Part shown: positions 1-8,777 of the stretch, piece by piece
Layout of the letters: each line of letters starts with the position of its first letter
Numbering within the stretch: the first letter of the stretch is position 1
From: Candidatus Hodarchaeota archaeon
GTDB lineage: Archaea; Asgardarchaeota; Heimdallarchaeia; Hodarchaeales; Hodarchaeaceae
Direction of reading: 5' to 3'
Length of the DNA stretch: 28,490 nucleotides
Assembly: GCA_016839815.1 (NCBI GenBank)
Contig: JAEOTM010000051.1
Span: 1 to 28,490 of the forward strand
Position numbers and translations under genes: made by a program
The notes under the pieces: model-generated
Database searches by the model: none
Told to the model about the DNA's origin: nothing
The model's input: the letters and a program-made list of their open reading frames with translations, nothing else

Positions 1-1713
1 CTGACTGGTAAACAGACATACAAAGTAATAATTGAATTATTTGGTAATAAACCTAATTTTGTAGTAGTGGGTGACGAGAATAAAGTGATATTTGCTTCTT
101 GGTATAGAAAAATGAGGCATAGAGATGTATTACCAGGTAAAGAATTCGTATTACCTCCTAGTAGAGGAAAATCAATTCTTTCTATGTCATTTGAAGAAAT
201 TAAGAATGTTGTAGATACCGCTGACAATACAGAAGATGAGATTGTCAGGGTATTAGCTCGAGAAGCTGGCGGAGGAGGGGTATTGATGGAAGAAATCTTA
301 GCTAGAGCAATTATCCCGAAAATTAAATTATGTAAAGCAATAAATAATGAGGATATTACTAATATAGTTACCTCCATTCAAGAAATCAAACAAGAATTAG
401 AAACATTGGAACCTTCGGTATCTTTCGATTCACAGGAGCGTCCAATCGCCTTTCAACCGATTCAGTATAAATCAAATCCTAATTCAACAAAAAAATATGA
501 CTCTTTCTCAAAAGCATTAGATTTTTTTTATTCTTTCGATACTCCTTTGGTTTCACCAAGCTTGAGTAGAAATCAAAGAAAAAAAGAGAAACTTGAAAAA
601 GTCCTTCAATCACAGCAAGAGACTTTGAATCATCACACCGAAAGGCAAAAATTGTATAAAAATATAGGAGATGCAATATATCTGCATCTCAATGATATTA
701 ATGAGCTTCTTTCAACGATTTTAAATGCTCGAAAAAAGAATGTTTCGTGGGAGGATATTAATACTAAATTGGAACAAGCAAGGGAAAAAAATATTTCATC
801 TGTGCGGTTACTAGCAGGAATTAATACAAAACGGGGAACTATCAATATTATCTTGAATTCTGAGGTTATAGAGGTTGATTTCCGTAAGAATGCCGCAATA
901 ATTGCTAATGATTATTTTGAAAAGTCTAAAAAAGCAGGACGTAAGATAATTCCCGCTAAGGAAGCGATTTTAGATACTAAATCTAAGATTGAGGTGCTAG
1001 ATGAAGATATCGACGAGCAAGCTATGACTGAATCGATAATTTTGAAACGTCGAAAACGAAATTGGTATGAAAAATTTCATTGGACATTCTCCGAAAATGG
1101 CCTTCTAATAATTGGTGGTAAAGATATTTCGACGAACGAAGAGATTGCAAAAAGACGGATGAAGAAGGATGATTTATTCTTCCATGCTGATGTCCAAGGA
1201 GCTCCTTATACGGTAATTATGCGCGATAGTAGTGATGAGGAAGTAACCGATGTAGATATTCAACTAGCGGCTAGAATGGCAGCTAGTTTTTCAAGTGCTT
1301 GGAAAGCTGGATATTCAGCAATAGATGTATATCATGTAAAAGGAGAAAATGTTGGGTTTTCCGCTCCAAGTGGAGAATATCTACCTAAAGGAGGAATAAT
1401 GGTGAGAGGGAAGAGAAATTATATACGTGGGCAAAATTTAGAACTTGCCATTGGATACGAAGAGAATGAATTCAATATAAGAGTCATTTATGGATCTCCT
1501 ACTCAAATATCTAAATGTAGTTCAGTAACGGTTTTGATAAAACCTGGTAATGAATCTAAAGGAAAAATTGCTAAACAAATCCAAAAGATATTTATGAAAA
1601 AGGCCTCTACACCAGAACAGAAGGCAAAAATAAAAGCTCTTGATCTAAATGAGATAGTTCAGGCAATACCTCATAATTCCAAGATATTTAATGTTGATAA
1701 TCTTGTGACTTAA
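1..1713 (+). CDS. rqcH: Ribosome quality control factor Rqc2/NEMF (NFACT family, RqcH-like), 5'-truncated by the window edge
   Basis: Frame is open from base 1 (LTGKQTYKVIIELFGNKPNFVVV, an NFACT-N 'IELFG..N' motif), so the ORF-track start at 67 is internal. It has coiled coils and the NFACT-R motifs WYEKFHW, IGGKD..TNE, FHADVQGAP and SAPSGEYLPKGGIMVRGKRNY. Confidence 0.92.
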   Translation: MTGKQTYKVIIELFGNKPNFVVVGDENKVIFASWYRKMRHRDVLPGKEFVLPPSRGKSILSMSFEEIKNVVDTADNTEDEIVRVLAREAGGGGVLMEEILARAIIPKIKLCKAINNEDITNIVTSIQEIKQELETLEPSVSFDSQERPIAFQPIQYKSNPNSTKKYDSFSKALDFFYSFDTPLVSPSLSRNQRKKEKLEKVLQSQQETLNHHTERQKLYKNIGDAIYLHLNDINELLSTILNARKKNVSWEDINTKLEQAREKNISSVRLLAGINTKRGTINIILNSEVIEVDFRKNAAIIANDYFEKSKKAGRKIIPAKEAILDTKSKIEVLDEDIDEQAMTESIILKRRKRNWYEKFHWTFSENGLLIIGGKDISTNEEIAKRRMKKDDLFFHADVQGAPYTVIMRDSSDEEVTDVDIQLAARMAASFSSAWKAGYSAIDVYHVKGENVGFSAPSGEYLPKGGIMVRGKRNYIRGQNLELAIGYEENEFNIRVIYGSPTQISKCSSVTVLIKPGNESKGKIAKQIQKIFMKKASTPEQKAKIKALDLNEIVQAIPHNSKIFNVDNLVT

Positions 1714-1728
1714 TGATATTACGAATCC

Positions 1729-2337
1729 TCACATGATTTCGTCATCATCTATATGATCTTCTCGTGTTTGAATCCCCAGACATTGTGGACATAAGGTATA
1801 TCCGTTTGCTGTTGATAGGTTTACTGAATAATTGCCGCAATCATCACAAAATCCTTGTAGATGAGGGGGTGTTAGTTCAGAGTCTGGTTGTGATATGATG
1901 ATTTGTTGTTCACGACGAATTGCTAATAATTCAGGTGCAAAAGTGAGAAGGTCATTTGTCGAGACAATTCCTAATGGTTTTGACGAGTCCTGTGCATCGA
2001 CTACTAAAATACGCTCAATTTTCAGTTTTGACATCTGACGCATAGTACTTTCAAGAGTCTCATCCGAGGTAACAAAGGAAACTGGTTTACTCATGGCGTC
2101 TCCCGCTAGAATGATTCCAGGATCTAGTGCACGACCAAGAACACGTTGAATAATGTCACCTTTTGTTATAATCCCGATAATATCTTCATCTTTTATTATC
2201 ACTGACCCGATTTGATGATTCCTCATTAGTTTCGCGGCTTCAGTAACAGGAAGGTTACTTGGCATTGAAATTATTGGACTTTTGATTAACCCTCCAACTA
2301 AAACTTCTTCATGGTCATTATTCAATTTGAAGGTCAC
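1729..2337 (-). CDS. CBS-domain pair protein with C-terminal zinc ribbon
   Basis: Two CBS repeats (PVTEAAKLMRNHQIGSVII..IIGIITKGDI; MSKPV...IERILVVD...LGIVSTNDL) plus C-terminal GFCDDCG...LCPQC, a common archaeal architecture. GTG start is uncertain. Confidence 0.88.
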   Translation of the reverse strand: MTFKLNNDHEEVLVGGLIKSPIISMPSNLPVTEAAKLMRNHQIGSVIIKDEDIIGIITKGDIIQRVLGRALDPGIILAGDAMSKPVSFVTSDETLESTMRQMSKLKIERILVVDAQDSSKPLGIVSTNDLLTFAPELLAIRREQQIIISQPDSELTPPHLQGFCDDCGNYSVNLSTANGYTLCPQCLGIQTREDHIDDDEIM

Positions 2338-2489
2338 CTATAAACGTTATTATTCAGTCTCTCGCATTTTCCTATCGCAAATGAACGATGGACTCAAATT
2401 ATAGAAGAGTATCTACCTAAAAAAGGTTTTGCATAAAAACAATTTCCACTAAAACTCTCATCCCAAACCATATACGGATATATTTTTCC

Positions 2490-5400
2490 CTAAATTGAAT
2501 TATCAAAGATAAGGGTTGTTGGTTTTGGACCTACTTCAAATAAAAGTTTCTTATTCAGCTCAATGAACCTGATCCAAGATTTTGTGTATGGGGTTAAGTC
2601 CTTTGAATATTGCTCGGAGAGTTGATTTATAATCTGTAAGTATCTGAGAACCCACCCTTTCGATAATGTAAGTTCTAAGGTTTTATTCTTACAAGAAGGA
2701 CATCTATCTGATAATGGTGCTCTCCTATAAGTAGTTTTACAAAATTTACATCTAATAGGTTGTTGGAAAAATCGTGAAATTGACGTCGATACTTTTATTA
2801 AAAAGTCATTGACTAATAGATTATCTACATACTTACCTTCCTCTATTCCTCTTATATTCTCAAGACTTTCAAGAGCAATTTTGATACGTTCAAGTATTTT
2901 CTTATCAGTTAACTGATTCTCAAGTGGATTCCTAGATATATTGGTTGATGTGTGAATCGGGAAAGTTGAGGTTAATAGTAAGGAACTTTCTTGAGATATC
3001 AAGTCAGATTGTTCTGGATTGTTAGATAATTCTTGATAGAATATTTGATTCATAACCAGCGAAATTTGTTTGGAATAATTGAGTAAATCAGACCAATCAT
3101 CAACGAAATTGATAACAGAAGGAATATCTAACGCTCCTCCGTGATAACTTGGAATATATTCGCGAGAAAAATTCAATAGAACATCGAAAAGAAGAGTAAT
3201 TGAGTCATTAGCTCCATTACAAGAACGAGATTTAAGGAAATGCCAGATCGGATGTGCAAATAGCACATTATTAGTTGAATACCCAATTATTCTACCAATT
3301 ATTCCTACCTGCGTAATTGGTGAGATTCCTACGACTAATGAACCAGTTATTGATTTAAAGGATTGAAATCGATAATAAGGTGACAAATCATATTGGAAAC
3401 GTAATTCATCGTCTAAAAATTTGCTTTGAGCGAATAGGAATTTTGCCCCCTCCTCATTAACGATAAGATCATAAGGGAAAATTTCAATCAGCTGATCTTC
3501 TTGAGAAAGATTATCACCATGAATATCATGAGAATAGCCAAGACGGTGAAGTGTGTCAATTGAGGTATTAATCTCATTTGCTGAAAAAATTCTGATGGGA
3601 CTGTTGGTATAACTAAATCTGGAGGTTCCATCCTTAAAAACGTAGATCCCACGTTTAGCTCTTAATATTCCTTTCAATATCGTCTCTGGAACACCATATA
3701 TATTATCCAAATAGGATATTCCCTTTACCTTCTTAATATTTGTCGAACCGAGGCTTTTCATCCCTGAATTAAAGATACCGTAAATATTAACTGTTTTCAA
3801 CGATGTTGGATACGCTTTTTTCTCGCAGCTTGAGCATGTAGGTTTATCTGTGATATGACCCTCCCTACACATGTACTTTTGATCTGTTTTTTGTTTACAT
3901 TCAGGACAATAAACACTGAAGGACTCAATATCACAGGAATTACAATATCGATTCGCAACACGGATCTGAGTGGATGACTCTTGTGGGATTTTGAAAAAAT
4001 CCTTTTGAGGTCCTCCGTTCTTTCCCAAAGGAAAAAGGACGTGATGAGGAGGATTCGTAAATCTGGGCTCTGATTTTTCCATTCGAATAAGTTTAAATCC
4101 AATCCTCTTGTAACATAAGGATCGAACTGGTACATTGAGCATCGCTTGACATAGTACCTCAACGGTAATCGTATCTATATCTTTTTCTACAATCTCCATC
4201 AGATGCGAATATCTCTCTTTAAAGAGTGGAATAAATGAATTCAAGATTTCTGAATTGACTTTATTTTCGAAAATCTCAAAAGGAACTCCTAATTGCTTTA
4301 TTATTCTCAAAACTTCTTTATCCAAGGGAAGAAAAGATTCGGAATTAGTATTAATTCTCTGCATGAGTAAAATGAAGTCACTTAAAGCAAGCTCATTCCA
4401 ATTCAAAGAATATCTTGGATGAAGAGGGACCTCAAAGGCTTTTGATAATGAATATGCTTGTTCCCAAGAAGGATAGAAATTAATTGGATTTCGAAGTAAT
4501 TGGTATAAATCACCCTCAGAAATCTCTGGAACTAATGTATGTAAGCTTTTAAATTTCGTAGAGGAAATTTTTGCTTCTATTTCACGACTCCACCATTCTT
4601 CTGTCCAAGCGGAAAATATAATCGGTGTTGCTTCTGGAATATCTGAAATAGAAATTAGAATATCTCCCATTTCCCATATTTGTTTTACTTCAGACTTTAT
4701 TTTTTGTAATTCCCTCTGGGAATTGATCCTCTTCAGAGATCCATCTTCAAATTCCACAAGAGGCCCCATAATTGATGAAACTGGGTTAATTGCAAAAGTA
4801 TTCTCTGAAATATCTAATTGAACCGTACAACCTGGTGTGAGTATGCCTGTTAGGGCCATTGTGACAGGATGGATACCAATAGTGCCAAAACCAGTTATTC
4901 TCGATTCACCATACCGTAATCTAAATCCTCCCGATTTGTTTGATTGAGAAAGGAGTGGTTGTGTACTGCGGATATCCCCAGTTCCAAATGCTTTCTTCTG
5001 CTTTAGGATTGTAAATTGTAGTTTGTCTAGCCATTCCCATTCAGGAAGACCTGATTTGGTTTTTTGGATAATAATTTGAGTCAAATTGCGAAGAATATGA
5101 TCTAGGGTAACTGAAAGTCCCATTCGCAAGTGATTTGTTAATTTTGGTAAATTACGATATTTTTGTACTTCGATTCTTTCATAAGGGTCACTGGATAATT
5201 CTACTCCGATGTTCTGGATAAAAAGTTTCAAGTGTTCCTCATCATAATCTAAGGTTTGATCACTCAAGCTTAGGTAGAGCTCATATTCTTCTACATATCT
5301 TCCAATTATTTCTGGGCTTGAATGAAATCGATTTAGGTGTAAAATCCCTCGTAGATAATCTGCGATGAGAATTGCTAATCCAGTTATATTTCCTGGAACA

Positions 5401-5828
5401 TATCGAATCATATTTGTAAAAAATAAGGTGAGGTAATTCTGTTTGGGATCAATCCTTATTTTATGTACGTATTCTTCAGGTACTGAGCATTGGCCACGAC
5501 TGAGAATAACAAACGAACTCTGGATAGCTAGTAAGATCAGCCGTTCTCTATCCTTTTTTAGGAACCTACCGTTTACTATCTGCTTTGCTACGTCTGCAGC
5601 AAGCAATAAAAGGTTTTTATGTTGATTGATTCTTTCTGGCAGATATTTATCTAAGCCAGGAATTTGCAAGATTGCAAGAATAGTTTCAGTTGATGAATGT
5701 GTAATTACTGACTCGATTGAAGAAGAAGGGTCATGTTTGAGGTTTCTTGCTTTATTTGCGACTTCGATCTGTGCATTCACATTTTTTTTTAGCCGTTCAA
5801 CATATTCTTGAAATTTTAATTCAATCAT
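2490..5828 (-). CDS. polC: DNA polymerase D large subunit (DP2) homolog, full length but predicted catalytically inactive
   Basis: Colinear DP2 motifs: N-terminal KAR..HDP, GGFRLRYG, GP.V..EDGS, EEWW, PLHPRY, VLFPLG..GG, KG.LRAK.G.YVFKDGT.RF, G..GRIIGY, LLNFSR.Y.P, central Cys/His zinc modules and C-terminal CKFC..YRR.PL...CPSC. Catalytic KRRNCDGDED reads KSRSCNGAND (nt 3204-3233; C870-D875). Confidence 0.92.
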   Translation of the reverse strand: MIELKFQEYVERLKKNVNAQIEVANKARNLKHDPSSSIESVITHSSTETILAILQIPGLDKYLPERINQHKNLLLLAADVAKQIVNGRFLKKDRERLILLAIQSSFVILSRGQCSVPEEYVHKIRIDPKQNYLTLFFTNMIRYVPGNITGLAILIADYLRGILHLNRFHSSPEIIGRYVEEYELYLSLSDQTLDYDEEHLKLFIQNIGVELSSDPYERIEVQKYRNLPKLTNHLRMGLSVTLDHILRNLTQIIIQKTKSGLPEWEWLDKLQFTILKQKKAFGTGDIRSTQPLLSQSNKSGGFRLRYGESRITGFGTIGIHPVTMALTGILTPGCTVQLDISENTFAINPVSSIMGPLVEFEDGSLKRINSQRELQKIKSEVKQIWEMGDILISISDIPEATPIIFSAWTEEWWSREIEAKISSTKFKSLHTLVPEISEGDLYQLLRNPINFYPSWEQAYSLSKAFEVPLHPRYSLNWNELALSDFILLMQRINTNSESFLPLDKEVLRIIKQLGVPFEIFENKVNSEILNSFIPLFKERYSHLMEIVEKDIDTITVEVLCQAMLNVPVRSLCYKRIGFKLIRMEKSEPRFTNPPHHVLFPLGKNGGPQKDFFKIPQESSTQIRVANRYCNSCDIESFSVYCPECKQKTDQKYMCREGHITDKPTCSSCEKKAYPTSLKTVNIYGIFNSGMKSLGSTNIKKVKGISYLDNIYGVPETILKGILRAKRGIYVFKDGTSRFSYTNSPIRIFSANEINTSIDTLHRLGYSHDIHGDNLSQEDQLIEIFPYDLIVNEEGAKFLFAQSKFLDDELRFQYDLSPYYRFQSFKSITGSLVVGISPITQVGIIGRIIGYSTNNVLFAHPIWHFLKSRSCNGANDSITLLFDVLLNFSREYIPSYHGGALDIPSVINFVDDWSDLLNYSKQISLVMNQIFYQELSNNPEQSDLISQESSLLLTSTFPIHTSTNISRNPLENQLTDKKILERIKIALESLENIRGIEEGKYVDNLLVNDFLIKVSTSISRFFQQPIRCKFCKTTYRRAPLSDRCPSCKNKTLELTLSKGWVLRYLQIINQLSEQYSKDLTPYTKSWIRFIELNKKLLFEVGPKPTTLIFDNSI

Positions 5829-5835
5829 TTTAGTA

Positions 5836-6558
5836 TCACGAGTAGACTCGAACCCCGTTTGGAAAAGTAACGCTAAGAATCCCTAAATTGCCAATTGTTG
5901 ACAGTCCCACGAAATAATAATGACCAGTAGAGTTGGAGTACAGCGTTGGATACAGAGGAGAGCTACCATTTAATACATAAATCTGCGCGGCCGTTATATA
6001 TTCTTGATTTGAGGTTCTTGATTGTTGTACTAGTATTTGATTTGTGAAAACATTAACCTGAGCCATGTAAGAAATACTAAATTCTTCAGAAATAGTTGTA
6101 GTCGAGTAAAAACTTTTTAATTCAAGATTAAAACGAGTTTGAATTGTACTAGTATATGTGGTTGATACACTCACGTTTGAACCCGGAGTTATCAGCGCGT
6201 TCATTGTAAAAGAACCAGTTATAAGTTCTAAAGAGGTTAAAAATGATCGTGATGAGTCTACCGCTTCGATTGTTGACAAGAATAATTCTAGATCAATTTG
6301 GGCTGATGAAGTATTATAGATAGCCGAATTATTTGTATTAATATATTTAGCCAAAATTACCTCTAAAAACGATTGCAATTCTCTCTTTATGTTGGTATAT
6401 GGTTCACGCAAAGATTCATTGGTTGATTCGATCTGTTCCGTCCCGATGTTAAGAACAGTAGCACTTATAGCAACTATATATACAGCAATCAGCATTGTTG
6501 CGAGTATAAACATTTGACCTCTTCGTTTTTTGTGAAAAGTAGCTAATACTGATGGCAT
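5836..6558 (-). CDS. Type IV pilin-like protein with class III signal peptide
   Basis: N-terminus HKKRRG|QMFILATMLIAVYIVAISA: basic stretch, Gly-1/Gln+1, hydrophobic helix. Abuts the upstream pilin gene (0-nt gap). Confidence 0.8.
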   Translation of the reverse strand: MPSVLATFHKKRRGQMFILATMLIAVYIVAISATVLNIGTEQIESTNESLREPYTNIKRELQSFLEVILAKYINTNNSAIYNTSSAQIDLELFLSTIEAVDSSRSFLTSLELITGSFTMNALITPGSNVSVSTTYTSTIQTRFNLELKSFYSTTTISEEFSISYMAQVNVFTNQILVQQSRTSNQEYITAAQIYVLNGSSPLYPTLYSNSTGHYYFVGLSTIGNLGILSVTFPNGVRVYS

Positions 6559-7071
6559 CTAGAATTTCTCCCATAAATACAATTCTATCATGTAATGTGT
6601 GGTGAATTGGCCGTATTCTGAAGATGAAAAAGAACCCACGAAATACTTAGATTGAACACCATCTCCTCCTTCCTGTAGAGCACTTATACTTGCTTGGGAA
6701 CCAATTAGATATTTATAGGGACTAAGCGTTTCTTGTCCCTGAACTTCACTCATTCGTAGTACAAAACCAACCCCTTCTGGTAGGTTTAACAGTATAAAGT
6801 CGTTAAGAACATCAAGATGATGATTATACTCTGTGAGATACTCAGCTTGACCATTGAGATATATTACAGGACGTAAGAGATTTGCTTCATCAGCCGTGAG
6901 CAGTATGTCAGATGCAGTATTTTGTAAATTCTCTAGACCACTTTGAGACTTATTAACTTGATCTGCTGCATTGATTAGTAATAAAGCTAGAATTAACATA
7001 AGTGAAACTGATACTAAGGTTTCTGCAATCTGCAGTTGTCCTCTTCGAGTCTTCTTTAAGGTTTTTCTCAT
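6559..7071 (-). CDS. Type IV pilin-like protein with class III signal peptide
   Basis: KKTRRG|QLQIAETLVSVSLMLILALLLI; C-terminal beta strand 'IELYLW' typical of this minor-pilin class. Confidence 0.82.
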   Translation of the reverse strand: MRKTLKKTRRGQLQIAETLVSVSLMLILALLLINAADQVNKSQSGLENLQNTASDILLTADEANLLRPVIYLNGQAEYLTEYNHHLDVLNDFILLNLPEGVGFVLRMSEVQGQETLSPYKYLIGSQASISALQEGGDGVQSKYFVGSFSSSEYGQFTTHYMIELYLWEKF

Positions 7072-7072
7072 C

Positions 7073-8254
7073 TTATCTACTCCTCCACATAATTAATCTG
7101 CATTTCATTACTGTTCCTCGAATATAAACAGGATATGTCTTCGCAGATTTAGTAAATTCCCTTGAACCTTCATTTTTCCTACCGAAAACTTGGTAAAAAT
7201 TACCAGAAGCTAAATCGGAATCTAGTATTGCGGGATAGGATCCAATACCTACTTTAAATGTGTTTCCAACTTTTACTGAACTAAAACAGAATATTAAGCC
7301 CGAATTAGGCACAGCTAGTGATTCATTACCTTCAAATAATGAGGGTAAACTAATAGAGTCGTTCGTATAACTTCCGTGAGTGTTTTTGTAGATGTATGAC
7401 AAAAAATGATTTTCTGGGGTATCTTGTAAATCGTGTGTATCGGAAACAAGGATTGTTGAGGAATCTAAACCACCAATCCATATGGTGCCATTAGATTTTT
7501 GACCCAAAAGTACATTTTCATGAACAGTGGAAGGATGCTTCCAGTTCATGCCCCAAAGAGGACCTTTCTCCGCCACCACAATATTAACATGCTCTCCATC
7601 TTGAATATTAAAATGGGGATCATTGTAAATATGTGAGACTCGACCATTAGTATCAGTTATTTCTGTGCCATCAACACGGATGAATCCTGTGATTAAATCT
7701 AGAGTGAAGAAGTGTACCTGGCATTCTCTGAGTGGGAAATGAGATTCAGTATCGCTAACTATGACCGAGGATTCGAAAGTAGATTCAGTAGGTTGAGTAA
7801 TCGAAATATTGAGAGATAGATATGGTTCAAGAGAAATCTGAAAATCATGTTTTGAATCCATTCCTAAAATGGATTTTACTGAGGCATAATCGAACTGTTC
7901 AAATCCCGAAATAAGTGATGGTGGCGTTATTGTTCCCGATATAATTCTTGAAATTTTCGCTGGATCAAGAATTATTGAGGTAGATGAATCCGAGCGGGAT
8001 AATCCGAATGAACTAGGAAGGGATTGTTGATAACCCCAGAATTCTGTCCCTTCTTCTTGTAATAGAATCCTCCCGAATGTATCCAATTCTTCATAACTTA
8101 AATTTTCTCGCATCTGTGTATTTAATCCATTTTGAACATTGATTACGACCAAAATCAATTGTGATAACATTAAAAGGAATAATAATAAAGAAACGATAAA
8201 ATCGATCGCTCTTACTTGACCTCTTCTTCGCTTTTTAAAATTCAGATAGTACAT
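7073..8254 (-). CDS. Large type IV minor pilin/adhesin-like protein with class III signal peptide
   Basis: KKRRRG|QVRAIDFIVSLLLFLLML; 'G...W...P..FGL' and 'Y..VK..LG' segments; internal Ig-like insert (VSD...PL...V...TDTNG); C-terminal 'RLIMW'. Confidence 0.8.
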   Translation of the reverse strand: MYYLNFKKRRRGQVRAIDFIVSLLLFLLMLSQLILVVINVQNGLNTQMRENLSYEELDTFGRILLQEEGTEFWGYQQSLPSSFGLSRSDSSTSIILDPAKISRIISGTITPPSLISGFEQFDYASVKSILGMDSKHDFQISLEPYLSLNISITQPTESTFESSVIVSDTESHFPLRECQVHFFTLDLITGFIRVDGTEITDTNGRVSHIYNDPHFNIQDGEHVNIVVAEKGPLWGMNWKHPSTVHENVLLGQKSNGTIWIGGLDSSTILVSDTHDLQDTPENHFLSYIYKNTHGSYTNDSISLPSLFEGNESLAVPNSGLIFCFSSVKVGNTFKVGIGSYPAILDSDLASGNFYQVFGRKNEGSREFTKSAKTYPVYIRGTVMKCRLIMWRSR

Positions 8255-8297
8255 TTTAACCGCTCAAGATGAATAACTATCTAGTTGTTATTATCAC

Positions 8298-8777
8298 CTA
8301 ACTAATTTCTTCACTCTTTGGTGTACTTGCATTCGCAACTTCTAGTTGAATAGTAATCTCGTCCAGTCTATCTTTCAATTCTAACATCGTAGTTTCTAGC
8401 TCTGTTAATTGCAATCCTTTTTCTAAAAGGGTTGTAGCTTGTGAAATTAGTTCATCAGCTTTTTGAGATTTTTCACTGCTTAGAGTAGATACTAATTCAT
8501 TGATAGGCGAAAACTTTTCATTTATTTCAGCGATAGATTTTTCCATCTCACTAATTTTTTTCTCTAAAGGAGCTAGATCTACCTGAACAGGACTTGGAGT
8601 TGTCGTGGGATGACTTCCAGCTTGAGTTACTGGTGTAGGTGTTGTACCTGCCCCCATCGATTGAACAAATAGGAATTCCATATTGGTTAACTTATCTTCA
8701 AGAGCTGCGATTTTTTCCAAAACCTCAACCAACATTTTCTCTTCTTTTCCCAATTCTAAAACCTCAATATATATCAT
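8298..8777 (-). CDS. Hypothetical acidic coiled-coil protein within the pilus operon
   Basis: Heptad-rich E/K/L segments flank a Pro/Thr linker; no TM or signal peptide. ATG overlaps the upstream stop (ATGA, 8774-8777). Alternative starts at 8753 (TTG) or 8735. Confidence 0.7.
   Translation of the reverse strand: MIYIEVLELGKEEKMLVEVLEKIAALEDKLTNMEFLFVQSMGAGTTPTPVTQAGSHPTTTPSPVQVDLAPLEKKISEMEKSIAEINEKFSPINELVSTLSSEKSQKADELISQATTLLEKGLQLTELETTMLELKDRLDEITIQLEVANASTPKSEEIS

Noticed and set aside
1729-2337. CBS-zinc ribbon gene as part of the pilus-DP2 system
   Set aside because: Co-oriented but separated by 152 nt, and a widespread archaeal gene; membership cannot be supported without synteny data.
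2490-5828. Calling the DP2 homolog a pseudogene or the normal replicative PolD
   Set aside because: The ORF is full length and uninterrupted with intact Zn ligands, so it is not a pseudogene. The catalytic aspartates are absent, so it is not a normal active DP2. No intein-like insertion was seen.
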